Counted from the stretch's first letter, positions 38,459 to 48,394 are shown. The stretch: 63,501 nt of DNA from Candidatus Micrarchaeota archaeon (GCA_027319905.1 DAHVMJ010000004.1:1-63501); one strand, 5' to 3'. Numbers and translations: made by a program. Notes: generated by a model from the letters alone, not told the origin.

Positions 38459-39619
38459 TCAAGCAGTTATTTCACCAAGAATGTGAGTTTTCAATTTCTT
38501 CTTGGCATCGAGATAATCGGCTACTGTTGAGCCCTTTAAGAATTTGCCAGATGCCTTGAGTTCCCCATCGCTAAGGAAAACCTCGTGTATCCGTGAATAA
38601 TCTATGGCTTTAGATATAAGCAGTTTATTTTTCATTGCTTCTTTTGAATTTATTTCTTTGACGAGCGTATCAGAATAAAAGTCATTATGAATTTTCTCTA
38701 TCTTTCCTTCGGCTAATATCTCTGCAAGTGGTTTAACAGTTAAATCTTTGCGGAAGAATTTAATTCCATCCCACTCTCTTGGCCCTCCGCCTCTTACTCT
38801 TACTCTATAAGAGTACAAATCTCCGAAATTAAATTGTGAGTCGTGTATTCTAGAAACGGTATCATCATATGCTCGTTTTTCTATATTTATTATGTTGAAT
38901 AGAACATCTCCAGATGCTAGCTTACTAAGAATGTTATAGTTGTGTATCGCATCTGCGGGTGGCTTATGTCTGAAACTTATGATTGGTATTGTACTCTTCC
39001 CATAAGACAAGAGTTTATTCAAAAGCAATTCAAAGACTTTTGAGTCTGCATATCCCATATCTAAAACAATATTGAGTTGCTTGCCGTTATCCGCCTCTCT
39101 TTTAATTACGCTTTCTATTTCATTAATATTCGCCGTGGGTGTGGCACCGAGCGGGACTGTGACGGGTAGAGTAAGAATATCAACAGGTAGCTGGTTTTGA
39201 ACTGCTATCAACGTATCAAGATATTTTTTAAAAAGTTCCTTGTTTTTGTATAATTCAGAATAATCAACCATTCTGACGGATGGGATAAACATTTTTAGCG
39301 TGGCGTGCTGGGCGCTTCTGAAAAATGTACTCGCCGTTCTAATTATATTTGATGGGGCTGTGTTATTTCGCACAAAGATCGAAATATCATCTATGTTCAT
39401 TGGCTGCTCATATACGAACACAGGAGACTCGCTAAATAGAGAACGTATTTCTGGAAAGTTGTTTTTTGCGCGCAAATCAGTTTGGGTAATGGCTCTTATA
39501 GGGGTACGAAAACTTGTTTTGTTATCGATTTTAAGAATTCGTGAGCCTATCTTTAACTTTGGCTCTTTTAGTTTGGAATCAAATTCGTATATGTTTTTTA
39601 ACTTTATTTTTATGCTCAT
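38459..39619 (-). CDS. Divergent TGT-fold (tRNA-guanine transglycosylase-like) TIM-barrel protein
   Basis: SFRTP near the N-terminus, VQNQLPVDILTL and C-terminal RIHEV..DYL resemble TGT segments; catalytic motifs absent; fold call is by eye. Confidence 0.5.
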   Translation of the reverse strand: MSIKIKLKNIYEFDSKLKEPKLKIGSRILKIDNKTSFRTPIRAITQTDLRAKNNFPEIRSLFSESPVFVYEQPMNIDDISIFVRNNTAPSNIIRTASTFFRSAQHATLKMFIPSVRMVDYSELYKNKELFKKYLDTLIAVQNQLPVDILTLPVTVPLGATPTANINEIESVIKREADNGKQLNIVLDMGYADSKVFELLLNKLLSYGKSTIPIISFRHKPPADAIHNYNILSKLASGDVLFNIINIEKRAYDDTVSRIHDSQFNFGDLYSYRVRVRGGGPREWDGIKFFRKDLTVKPLAEILAEGKIEKIHNDFYSDTLVKEINSKEAMKNKLLISKAIDYSRIHEVFLSDGELKASGKFLKGSTVADYLDAKKKLKTHILGEITA

Positions 39620-40200
39620 GCTCCGTGTCGACCCCAAGTAACATCCATGTACAACTTCTTCACCGTTGATTTTGTAGTATATTTTCTGTATTCGGGTTTG
39701 CTATAAATATACCTTAATAGCCCAGCAGGAGAGAATTCGTCAAGTTCTTTTCTGGCCATTGTGATAGTCTTGGCCAGTTTCGAGTTGCTTTTTCTTAATT
39801 TGTTGAAAATATTCCTTCCTTTACTAGTGAGATAGTAGGCCTGATTATTGGAATTCTTTCTACCTCTGTAACCTAAATAGCCACTTATAATTAATGCATT
39901 AGTGAGTTCGGCGAGTTTGAAACTATATGGCCCTAAACGATATGGGACAAACCGCAGGTCTTCTAATTTTCTTTCATAATCCAGATATTCGTTGGCAACG
40001 AGAAATGCTTCCTTTTGTAGCCTTATGTTTCCATTGAGCTCTTTCTCGCTTGCTCCTATAAGCAGCAGTATCTGTTGCAAGGCATTCAGTTGATTGTGGT
40101 CTACTTTTTTAGAATGTTTCAAACTATCCGCATATGTTCTAATTATTATCTCTGCCTCTGCCCAATCCAATACTCTCGTTCCATCGGAATAGATTTTCAT
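39616..40200 (-). CDS. SocA/Panacea (DUF4065)/YwgA-like winged-helix protein
   Basis: GNIRLQKEAFL, FVPYRLGPYS..L, YYLTSKG and LLRYIY motifs. Confidence 0.7.
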   Translation of the reverse strand: MKIYSDGTRVLDWAEAEIIIRTYADSLKHSKKVDHNQLNALQQILLLIGASEKELNGNIRLQKEAFLVANEYLDYERKLEDLRFVPYRLGPYSFKLAELTNALIISGYLGYRGRKNSNNQAYYLTSKGRNIFNKLRKSNSKLAKTITMARKELDEFSPAGLLRYIYSKPEYRKYTTKSTVKKLYMDVTWGRHGA

Positions 40201-40706
40201 TTGATTACCTCAAAACTTTTCAATATGAACACTACTCCTCTTTTCCTATCATTCCCTTTTTCCACATGAAGCTTAATTTTCAGCTTTTTAAGGCGTATAG
40301 CCGTGCTTTTGCCAGATTTAAGTTTTGCAAGCATTCTATTTATCTTTGTACCCTGCGAATTGATGCCTTTTAGTAAAGGGCTGAAATTAGCATAGCCTGT
40401 TGCTGCCCAAGACCCAGCGAATATATCAGAGGGTAGAAAATATCGGTCAAGTACTTCAAATACGCCCCCGTTATCAAAGACGTAGCCACAACCAAGACAT
40501 ACGTAACGTGTCTGAAAGCGAGATTTAATCGAAGAATTAGAAGATGTCGCAGACGATACCCCCGCTGAGAATAAGGGTATGCCGCCTTTCGCTTTCGAAG
40601 CAGAACTTTTCGCAGAACCTGTGTCAATTACGCTGCCTTTTGATAATTGAATATTATTAGTACCACACTTAGGACAATATCGAAAAAATACTCCGTTTCT
40701 CCTCAT
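40197..40706 (-). CDS. Zinc-ribbon protein of unknown function
   Basis: CPKCG and CLGCG pairs; ATGA overlap with the next gene. Confidence 0.65.
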   Translation of the reverse strand: MRRNGVFFRYCPKCGTNNIQLSKGSVIDTGSAKSSASKAKGGIPLFSAGVSSATSSNSSIKSRFQTRYVCLGCGYVFDNGGVFEVLDRYFLPSDIFAGSWAATGYANFSPLLKGINSQGTKINRMLAKLKSGKSTAIRLKKLKIKLHVEKGNDRKRGVVFILKSFEVIK

Positions 40707-40857
40707 CCGCTCGCTTTCTTTGAAACTTATATTCTAATCGCATCCTTGCTATTTAAATACTCTCGCAGAGAGCTAACAGCACTTTTCGGTTGTGTTTATG
40801 CCCCAAAAAAATTCTAATTTTCTAGCGCCGAACTCCTATTCTGTCGTCGATAATGAC

Positions 40858-40875
40858 GACTGGGCCCGCCGAGAG
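40858..40875. repeat. att direct repeat, tRNA-overlapping copy
   Basis: Last 15 nt of tRNA-Val plus 3 nt of trailer; identical to 37335-37352. Confidence 0.95.
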
Positions 40876-40931
40876 TCGAACTCGGCTCTCCACTCTGTGA
40901 AAGTGGCGTCTTACCGATGGACCACGAGCCC
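40861..40931 (-). tRNA. tRNA-Val(CAC)
   Basis: Acceptor GGGCTCG/CGGGCCC, anticodon arm CCACT-TTCACAG-AGTGG, T loop TTCGACT. Confidence 0.93.
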
Positions 40932-40977
40932 TCATTTTTAATAAGTTCGCAACATATTAAATGCAATAAGTGGGGGC

Positions 40978-41517
40978 ATGCCTTACTACACTGGCAAAGG
41001 GGATAAAGGCTACAGCGGCCTGTTGGGGGAAGGAAGGTTCGCCAAGAATGATCCTGTGATTGCGTCGATAGGAGAGATTGACGAGCTGAACAGCGCGATA
41101 GGTGTTGCGCTCTACTACACGCACGACGATCTGGTAAGAGCAAGGCTCAGGGAGATACAGAATGATCTTTTCATAATAGGCGCGAGCGTGGCCTCAGCGC
41201 AGAATGTAAAACTTGCGAAGGCGAAGCTCGGAGACGGCGCTGTGGGCGGACTGGAGGAGGCGATAGGCGACATGGGCAGGCGCATGCCCGAACTCAAAAA
41301 GTTTGTCATACCTGGAGGTTGCGAAGCAGCTGTACACTTGCATCTCGCCAGGGCGATTGCAAGAAGGGCGGAGAGGAGCGTAGTTGCAGCCTCGAAGGCA
41401 CATGCGATAGACCAGAGGATAATGGGCTATATGAACAGGCTCTCCTCATACCTGTTTGTTGCGGCGCTGTACCTGAACTACATTGAAGGGGTTAGGGAGT
41501 CGCATCCGGCCTATTAG
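40978..41517 (+). CDS. pduO: ATP:cob(I)alamin adenosyltransferase, PduO type
   Basis: YTGKGDKG, GEIDELNS, IQNDLF, RRAER and NRLSSYLF motifs. Confidence 0.92.
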   Translation: MPYYTGKGDKGYSGLLGEGRFAKNDPVIASIGEIDELNSAIGVALYYTHDDLVRARLREIQNDLFIIGASVASAQNVKLAKAKLGDGAVGGLEEAIGDMGRRMPELKKFVIPGGCEAAVHLHLARAIARRAERSVVAASKAHAIDQRIMGYMNRLSSYLFVAALYLNYIEGVRESHPAY

Positions 41518-41977
41518 GCGCGTTGAAGTACTCCTTGAACTTGTTTGTCGTGCTTACCCTCCAGCTCCTCCCCTGCCTCCTCCTTTCTATGAAACCATGC
41601 TCGAGCAGCTCCTTGATGTGGTCGTACGTAGACGCGCCAAAGACCTTGACCAGGTAGCTCTGCACCGAGTTCTTGTTCTGACTGACATACGCGAGCAGCT
41701 TTAGGGCGCCCTTGGTTATGTCCGGACCGCTGGCAAGCTGGCTGACCCTGCTCGCGTACGGTTCCTTGAGCGTGAGCATATATTTTTTGTCTATCTCCAG
41801 CACCTCGAGCGAGGTGTCCCTGGATGCGTACTCGGACCTGAGCTCGTTCAGCATCTGCTCTATGTGGCCCATTGACTTTATCCCAGTTATCCCGGACAGG
41901 TCCCCGACGCTGAGCGCGTTCGGTGACATGAAGAGCGCCGCTTCTATCAGCCTCTTGTAATCGAGCTGCTCGTCCAT
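41492..41977 (-). CDS. scpB: SMC-Scp complex subunit ScpB
   Basis: IEAALF, YDHIKEL...GFI and TTNKFKEYF motifs; follows scpA. Confidence 0.88.
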   Translation of the reverse strand: MDEQLDYKRLIEAALFMSPNALSVGDLSGITGIKSMGHIEQMLNELRSEYASRDTSLEVLEIDKKYMLTLKEPYASRVSQLASGPDITKGALKLLAYVSQNKNSVQSYLVKVFGASTYDHIKELLEHGFIERRRQGRSWRVSTTNKFKEYFNAPNRPDATP

Positions 41978-41985
41978 GCACACTC

Positions 41986-42678
41986 CTAGTTGAGCGATAC
42001 CAGTATCTCGCCGAAGAACGTCTCCTGAAGCAGAAGAACCCTGTTCTTGTTTGCAAGGAAGAGCAGGGGTATGAAGACTTCGATAAGCGGGCTGCCGCCG
42101 TCTGCGCTGTCGCACAGGAGCGAGTACGTGACCATCTTGCTCCCGTCCATGTTCTTCTTGATCAGAGAGAAGACCTTCTCCACTTCTGCTTCCACGTTTG
42201 CGTGGCTGAATGTGAGCTGAACCGGCTTGGCGTCAGTCGAGCTTGCCTGCGCCTCCCTGTACTCCTTGAGTTTCATCGCCTCCTCGAGCGCCGCGATGAG
42301 CTCGTTGAGAGATACGCGACTCTTCGGGGGCAGTCTCATCCTTATGGAGAGCCCCTCCGCTGGCACAAATGCTGGCATGAGAACCTGCTCCTCGCCGCCT
42401 TCGTCTTCGTGCTTCTCCTCCAGCTCGAGCATGTCGCTCTTCATCCTCAGCAGTATCGCCGCTGCGAGGATTATGTTCGCCGGCACTCGCAGGTCCAGCA
42501 CCTTCATGTGCTTTACTACCTCTATGTATCTCTCGACTATGTCGACGAGATCTATGTCCCAGGGATTCAGCTCGTTCTTCTTGACCAGCTCTACAAGTAT
42601 GTCCTTCCAGGTAGCCTCACGAACCAGATCCTCTATGTCAAACTTACTAACGCTAACTGTGCTCTCGATCTCCTGCAT
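41986..42678 (-). CDS. scpA: SMC kleisin subunit ScpA
   Basis: LNPWDIDL, AAILLRMKS and FIPLLFL...QETFFGEI motifs. Confidence 0.9.
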   Translation of the reverse strand: MQEIESTVSVSKFDIEDLVREATWKDILVELVKKNELNPWDIDLVDIVERYIEVVKHMKVLDLRVPANIILAAAILLRMKSDMLELEEKHEDEGGEEQVLMPAFVPAEGLSIRMRLPPKSRVSLNELIAALEEAMKLKEYREAQASSTDAKPVQLTFSHANVEAEVEKVFSLIKKNMDGSKMVTYSLLCDSADGGSPLIEVFIPLLFLANKNRVLLLQETFFGEILVSLN

Positions 42679-42798
42679 CTTCTGTCGCCGTATATATGCT
42701 CTCGGTATAGTAATAAAAAACTTATCTATGCGCGCGGTTGCGGCTGTGCCCCTATTCCGCTATTTGCGGCGTTGAGTACGCACGCTTCTGGCGCGTCG

Positions 42799-43689
42799 TT
42801 ATTCTGTTCTGCGTTCCAGTAGGCCATGCTGTTTTGCATACTGTCTGCCGTCGGAAGACGCCAGATAGCCGAAGCGGCTGCTCTCGGCCAGACCTCTCTT
42901 GCTCAGTTCGCGCAACGCGTTATCTACACTGGCAGGACTTTCATTCATCTCCTGTGCTACGACTCCAGAGCTTTTGGCCATGCTGGTGCGCCTCAACAGG
43001 TGTACTAGTATCTTTTTGGCCAGGGAATCGAGTTCGTATGCATCATACTCCTCCTTGCTGTATATCTCGTCTTGCGACATGGTGCGCGGCTTGGTGTCTT
43101 TTGCCTCGTCGTGCTTCTCGCCTCTCTTTGAAGCTCCTGAGTATCTGAATATCAGCGCTATCTCGTTGAGGTCCTCAAGGCAGTCTACTATCTTCTTCTT
43201 ACCTGTCCCTTCTTCTATGAAGGGCAGCGCTCTATCCACGAGCTCCATCGCCTTCTCAATCTCGCCCTTCTCCCACTGCCCTCCAATGGCTTCTGCTGCA
43301 CGTTTGCCTAGGAAATCAAAGGTTTCAGCCTGCGTTTGGTTCTTGAGGCGTATGTTCATGGCGGTTATTTCAGAAAGCAGGCGGAGCGTGTGCGAGCTTT
43401 CCTCGGGATACCTTTTCATCAGCTCCGCGAGCTTCAAGGCCGATTCGAAAATGTCCTTGTCCTGCCAGTTCAGCAGGCCCAGCGAGATCACTATCTCGGA
43501 GTCGTATGCAGATTCGCGCATGCCTGCCGCGAACTTCACTATCTTCTCGCCCAGAATCGCCTCTTCTAGCTTATCCGTGTAGAACCCCAGCGTCTTCCTT
43601 GCGTACAGGTACTCTATCACGCCTACGCTTACCGTGGGCCTGTATGACTGGGCTATCTTCTTGTAGATTGACCCCTTTTCCGCCTCCAT
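42799..43689 (-). CDS. Hypothetical protein with C-terminal winged helix
   Basis: 296-aa ORF; C-terminal VAQEM..VDNALRELSKRGL..GY..S..G pattern. Confidence 0.6.
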   Translation of the reverse strand: MEAEKGSIYKKIAQSYRPTVSVGVIEYLYARKTLGFYTDKLEEAILGEKIVKFAAGMRESAYDSEIVISLGLLNWQDKDIFESALKLAELMKRYPEESSHTLRLLSEITAMNIRLKNQTQAETFDFLGKRAAEAIGGQWEKGEIEKAMELVDRALPFIEEGTGKKKIVDCLEDLNEIALIFRYSGASKRGEKHDEAKDTKPRTMSQDEIYSKEEYDAYELDSLAKKILVHLLRRTSMAKSSGVVAQEMNESPASVDNALRELSKRGLAESSRFGYLASSDGRQYAKQHGLLERRTE

Positions 43690-43841
43690 AAAACACCTTT
43701 TGTGAGTGAGGAATGTTCGCTATGACTGTTGTGTATGGTGTTCGAATCCTGCGTTATTAAATGTTGGCTTTACGGCTTGATGCCGGCGCTTCGCCTCACC
43801 TGAACGCATTAATAGTTTAGCCTGGCAATAAGTATGATTGC

Positions 43842-45461
43842 ATGTCTAGTTTTCAGAACGAATCAACGTATAGGAGCTACGTGGAGCGAGGCAACGAGGC
43901 CGAGTTTGACAAACTATTCGAGGAGGCTGTGGAGCGAGTGAAAAGGGAGGTGCTGGGCAAGAAGCACGGCATTTTCATAAACGGCAAGGAGATCTTTGCA
44001 AACGAGGAGCTGGTCGAGAGATCGCCGATTGATGGAGCTGTGATGGGCACCTTCCAGAAAGGCACGCAGGAGCATGCGATGCAAGCCATATCTGCGGCGA
44101 AGGCTGCGTTCGAGAACTGGTCGGGTACGGACTACAGGGAACGCGTGAAAATTATGCGTAACGCAGTTGAACTGTTCAGGAAGCACAAGTTCGAGATTGC
44201 TGCGATACTAAGCATGGAAAATGGAAAGAGCAGATATGAATCAGTCGGAGAGGTGGACGAAGCGATAGACTTCCTGAACTACTATTCCGATGAGATGCTG
44301 AGAAACAAGGGCTTCGTGAGGAAGACAAGGATAGGGGCGAGCAGCAAGCAGGTCACTGCTGGCTTCCAGGGAGCTCCAGGAAACGAGGAGAGGATAACTC
44401 TGCCTCTCAGACCATACGGCGTCTTTGGCGTGATAGCTCCGTTCAACTTCCCCGTATCCATCTCTACAGGAATGAGCACTGGCGCGCTAATAACCGGCAA
44501 TACAGTAGTGTTCAAGCCCTCCTCTACCGACAACATGACGATGCTGACCGGCCTGAAAATCTACGAGATGTTCAGGGAGGCGGGTGTGCCGGAGGGCGCG
44601 TTCAACTACATAACTGGCCCTGGCTCGGAGGTAGGCAACGAGCTGGTGGTTAGTCCTGACGTGAACGGCATAGCGTTCACCGGCTCGCGTGCTACAGGGT
44701 TAGAAATGATGAAAAGGGCGCTTGAACTCAATCTTACGAAGGCGTTCATAGTGGAGATGGGAGGCAAAAACCCGACGATAGTGAGCAAGAAAGCAGACAT
44801 AAACGATGCTGTTGACGGAGTGGCGAGTGCTGCGTTCGGATTCGACGGACAAAAGTGCAGTGCCTGCTCGCGCGTCTACGTGCAGGACAGCATCAAGGAG
44901 GAATTTGTGAGCAAGCTGATAGACAAGATGAGGAGCTTCAAGATAGGCGACCCGCTCAAGAAAGAGACGTACATGGGCCCGCTGATAAGCCAGAAAGCGC
45001 TGGACAAGTACAAGACAAGCATGGAAGAGGCGAAGAGCACGGGCAAGGTTCTCTACGGAGGAAATACGGTCAACGCCGGCTTGCAGGGCGCATACGTGGA
45101 ACCTGCACTTATCGAGGTAGAGCAGAGCAACAAACTGATGCACGAAGAACTCTTCGTACCAATACTAGCGCTCGGCACATTCAAGAAATTCGACGAAGCG
45201 CTGCAGAAGGCAAACGACGTTGAGTTCGGGTTGACGGCAGGGTTATACAGCAAGAACAGGAAGGAGATGACAGAGTTCACCAGACAGGCGCAGGCAGGCG
45301 TGGTATACATAAACAGGCGAACCAGCGCGACCACGGGCGCGATAGTGGGCATGCACACGTTCGGCGGATGGAAGGGCAGTGGACTCACTGGCAAGGGCAC
45401 CGGCAGCAGATACTACCTTCCGCAGTTCATGCACGAGCAGAGCGTTGCAGTTGCGAAGTGA
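43842..45461 (+). CDS. Aldehyde dehydrogenase, 1-pyrroline-5-carboxylate dehydrogenase-like
   Basis: PFNFP, FTGS, EMGGKN, GQKCSACSR and EELF.P motifs. Confidence 0.92.
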   Translation: MSSFQNESTYRSYVERGNEAEFDKLFEEAVERVKREVLGKKHGIFINGKEIFANEELVERSPIDGAVMGTFQKGTQEHAMQAISAAKAAFENWSGTDYRERVKIMRNAVELFRKHKFEIAAILSMENGKSRYESVGEVDEAIDFLNYYSDEMLRNKGFVRKTRIGASSKQVTAGFQGAPGNEERITLPLRPYGVFGVIAPFNFPVSISTGMSTGALITGNTVVFKPSSTDNMTMLTGLKIYEMFREAGVPEGAFNYITGPGSEVGNELVVSPDVNGIAFTGSRATGLEMMKRALELNLTKAFIVEMGGKNPTIVSKKADINDAVDGVASAAFGFDGQKCSACSRVYVQDSIKEEFVSKLIDKMRSFKIGDPLKKETYMGPLISQKALDKYKTSMEEAKSTGKVLYGGNTVNAGLQGAYVEPALIEVEQSNKLMHEELFVPILALGTFKKFDEALQKANDVEFGLTAGLYSKNRKEMTEFTRQAQAGVVYINRRTSATTGAIVGMHTFGGWKGSGLTGKGTGSRYYLPQFMHEQSVAVAK

Positions 45462-45940
45462 CTCGCTTGGACAAGATTGAGATACTCATACGGGACTACC
45501 TCGAAAAGGCAAAGCTGATGCAGATAGCCACAGTGAGCAAGGGGAAACCGTGGGTTGCATCGGTGTGGTACGTGCACGACGATACGCTTAACCTTTACTT
45601 CATCTCGCGCAAGACCAGAAGGCATTCGCTGGAGCTCAAAGCTGACCCAAATGTTGCTGGAGCGATAACGACGCCGCATGTAATCGGGAGCGGAGAAAAA
45701 GCAAGGGGGCTCCAGTTCGAGGGAACGGCTGAGGAATGCGCGGGCAGAGGCATGGAGACAGCGAGAGAACTGTACATGAAAAAGTATGCCGGAGCGGAGG
45801 ACATATCCCTAGAGGAGCTCAGAGATCCCAGCTTCATCGCCGCATTCTACGTTGTGCATCCAAGCGTGTTCGTGCTGTTCGACGAGGTAAACTTCCCGAA
45901 AGAGCCGAGGCAGGAGCTCAGGGTCGGAAGGAATGGGTGA
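45458..45940 (+). CDS. Pyridoxamine 5'-phosphate oxidase-like FMN-binding protein
   Basis: MQIATV..GKPW, LYFIS..RRH and GLQFEG motifs. Confidence 0.8.
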   Translation: MTRLDKIEILIRDYLEKAKLMQIATVSKGKPWVASVWYVHDDTLNLYFISRKTRRHSLELKADPNVAGAITTPHVIGSGEKARGLQFEGTAEECAGRGMETARELYMKKYAGAEDISLEELRDPSFIAAFYVVHPSVFVLFDEVNFPKEPRQELRVGRNG

Positions 45941-46355
45941 TATCGTGCTCACGAAAGCTTTCTATGAGATACTAAACAGGCAGCCCTACAAGACCGAGAC
46001 GGTAGTGGTGGGAAGGAAGAAGCTGAAGGTCGAAGTGGCTGACAGTTTCATGAAGAAGATGATAGGGCTCATGTACAGGGAAAACATGGGCAAGACCGAC
46101 GGCATGCTCTTTAAAATATCAGAGCCGGGGGTAATGGCCTCAACGATAACCACGATCAACATGAGGTTCAGCATAGACATAGTGTGGCTGGACTCGAGAA
46201 AAAGGGTGGTGGATGTGGCCAGGAATGCCGAACCCTCACCATCGATATTTGCTTCCTACAGGCCAAGGAAGCCGGCCGCATATGTGATGGAGCTCAGGGC
46301 AGGAGCGGCTAAGAAACTCGGCATAGAGCCAGGCGATAAGGTCGCATTCCCTTGA
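45933..46355 (+). CDS. DUF192-family protein
   Basis: EVADS...GLMYR, GMLF, MRFSIDIVWLD and YVMELRAG motifs. Confidence 0.88.
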   Translation: MGDIVLTKAFYEILNRQPYKTETVVVGRKKLKVEVADSFMKKMIGLMYRENMGKTDGMLFKISEPGVMASTITTINMRFSIDIVWLDSRKRVVDVARNAEPSPSIFASYRPRKPAAYVMELRAGAAKKLGIEPGDKVAFP

Positions 46356-46423
46356 TGCATCGTCAGACGTTGATGCTGAACGCACTGGTATAAAAGGCAA
46401 ATCAGCGCAGGCGTTCTCATTTC

Positions 46424-46963
46424 ATGAGTGGAGAACTTAGGTTCAGGTCGCAGGTCAGCAATGTCGCGGTGCAGGGACACGTCACTGAAGCATTCGCCCT
46501 GGTGGGACTGCACGACAATATGGATGAGAGCTCAGGTCGTTATCTCCACCAGTACATCCTTGCCTACGACACCGCGAACGTCAGGCCGGAGCATATTTCT
46601 GAGATGGTGCAGAGCAAAATAATCGAGACTGCGGAAGAGACAGGTTTCGCGGCGAAGTTGCTGGAAATGCGCGGAGAGCACCGCGCCCTTAAGGCGGTGA
46701 TCATCAGCGACTGGCAGGGCCACGAGGCCGTACTTGGAGCGAGGGAGGTGAAGAACAAGAGTCTTGAGGGCACGCCTTTCCACAGCACAATGGTCATTGG
46801 AGGTTTCGTGAAGAAGGACGTTGTAGACGCTCCCGGAGGCGGTGAATTTGTGTCGATGGTGGAAAAGATAAACGGAAAGACTGTGGACAAGCTCTTTGGA
46901 ATGGAGAGCATGCGGGACGTATACTCGCTGATGAGAAAAGGCAATCCGAACTACATACAGTAA
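46424..46963 (+). CDS. Hypothetical protein
   Basis: 179-aa ORF with host-like codon usage and upstream TATAAAA. Confidence 0.6.
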   Translation: MSGELRFRSQVSNVAVQGHVTEAFALVGLHDNMDESSGRYLHQYILAYDTANVRPEHISEMVQSKIIETAEETGFAAKLLEMRGEHRALKAVIISDWQGHEAVLGAREVKNKSLEGTPFHSTMVIGGFVKKDVVDAPGGGEFVSMVEKINGKTVDKLFGMESMRDVYSLMRKGNPNYIQ

Positions 46964-46966
46964 CCA

Positions 46967-47038
46967 AGCCGCCGGCGAGGATTGAACTCGCGACCTTCTG
47001 CTTACCATGCAGACGCTCTACCACTGAGCTACAGCGGC
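46967..47038 (-). tRNA. tRNA-Thr(GGT)
   Basis: Acceptor GCCGCTG/CGGCGGC, D arm GCTC-AGTGGTA-GAGC, anticodon arm TCTGC-ATGGTAA-GCAGA. Confidence 0.95.
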
Positions 47039-47053
47039 CTGGTAAACAAGTTG

Positions 47054-47308
47054 CTAAGAAACCTTATATACCGTGTCGCCCTCGTGCACCTTTCCGTCGA
47101 CCTTCAGGCCGACATCGTCGCCGGTCTTGCACGCGTCTACGTTCTTGTGGTTGATCTGCATGCTCGACACCTTCTGCGCGAGTTTTTCTCCAGCGCCTTC
47201 TATCTCTATGTCGTCCCCTACTTTCAACTCGCCGCTGAGCGAGACAACAGCCACACCCACATGTCCGTAGTAGTGCGTTATAATTCCCACCGCGTTCCTT
47301 TCGCCCAT
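47054..47308 (-). CDS. Small translation-factor-like beta-barrel protein
   Basis: VG.ITHYY..VGVA, LKVGD.I, SMQI and GDDVGLKV motifs. Confidence 0.75.
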   Translation of the reverse strand: MGERNAVGIITHYYGHVGVAVVSLSGELKVGDDIEIEGAGEKLAQKVSSMQINHKNVDACKTGDDVGLKVDGKVHEGDTVYKVS

Positions 47309-47398
47309 GATAGAAATAGGGAGCGGAAAAACTAAAACCTTCGCATTTCTGATGGGTATAAAAATATGTATTACATAACCGAGTTATATGGGGGCGGA

Positions 47399-48394
47399 AT
47401 GAAAGGCGTAACAATAGCATTGGTCATACTTGCTCTTTCCTTCTTCGCGATCAACACCGTATCGGCTTACGGCTACGGAACATCAAGCATAACTCTCTCT
47501 CTAAGCGGCGCAAACGTCACGCAGGGCAACGGCACGTCTGCAGGCTATACTGTCAGTCTTGCGAGCGGGAGCACGTGGGGAACAACGCTCAGCGTGGTCA
47601 ACAGCGGCCAGCTATCATCCGACGGGATAACTGTGAGCCTCAGCAACACGTATGCGGACCCGACGTACACGGGCACAATGACCGTATCAACGAGCGGATC
47701 GACGCCTGCAGGCACATACACAGTGACGCTCGCTGCCACCGGCGACGACCCGTCCCAGAGCAACGCTGCTTTCGATCTGACCGTACTGGCAAAGCCACTC
47801 CCGACTACAGTGCAGGCAACCGCCGCAAACACTACAATCAGCAATACCACCACCGTGCAGAGTACCACGAAACAGCAGACGACGACATCTCCTACCACGA
47901 CCAAGAACTACGCTACAAGCGGCTATTACAGCTACACCGGAGGATCGGCTGCGCTGGCTTCGCCAGCGCTGATAGCGGTTATTGCGCTCGTGGCCATATA
48001 CGGGATCTATGCCTATAAGTCAAGGCTCGCGAGGCTTACCATCATAGGTGCGGCGCTGATACTTATCGGCACGGTCGCCTGGCTCTATGGTGACTACTCA
48101 GGAGGCATACAGACATACATCTGGGGAGGCGCGGCCGCTGTGGTTATAGGAACCGCGGCATGGACATACGGCGATGCTGGCGGAGGCACTTTCAAGCAGA
48201 AAAGCGCGAGCGGTGCTGTGTATCTTGGCATAGCGCTCATCGCTGTAGGCTTTCTGGCGTGGATTTACGGAGAGCTTGGAGCGCCTGGCGTATCGAGCTA
48301 CTGGTGGGGCGGAACCACGCTGCTCGTGATCGGCACTCTCATCTGGCTGTATGGGGACGTAAAGGCAGGAGCGTTCCTTAGAAAGAGCAGGTAA
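47399..48394 (+). CDS. Surface/membrane protein: signal peptide, Ig-like domain, Thr-rich linker, repeated TM helices
   Basis: TPAGTYTVTL motif; four repeats of G..xW.YG(D/E). Confidence 0.7.
   Translation: MKGVTIALVILALSFFAINTVSAYGYGTSSITLSLSGANVTQGNGTSAGYTVSLASGSTWGTTLSVVNSGQLSSDGITVSLSNTYADPTYTGTMTVSTSGSTPAGTYTVTLAATGDDPSQSNAAFDLTVLAKPLPTTVQATAANTTISNTTTVQSTTKQQTTTSPTTTKNYATSGYYSYTGGSAALASPALIAVIALVAIYGIYAYKSRLARLTIIGAALILIGTVAWLYGDYSGGIQTYIWGGAAAVVIGTAAWTYGDAGGGTFKQKSASGAVYLGIALIAVGFLAWIYGELGAPGVSSYWWGGTTLLVIGTLIWLYGDVKAGAFLRKSR

Larger units (their letters stand above)
37335..40875. mobile_element. Small integrative element inserted at the tRNA-Val(CAC) 3' end
   Basis: Perfect 18-bp direct repeat of the tRNA 3' end at both borders, tyrosine integrase, AT-rich cargo. 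Confidence 0.9.

Noticed and set aside
47800..47910. ACN-rich quasi-repetitive DNA (also about 51050-51170)
   Set aside because: Explained by Thr/Ser-rich linkers of surface proteins
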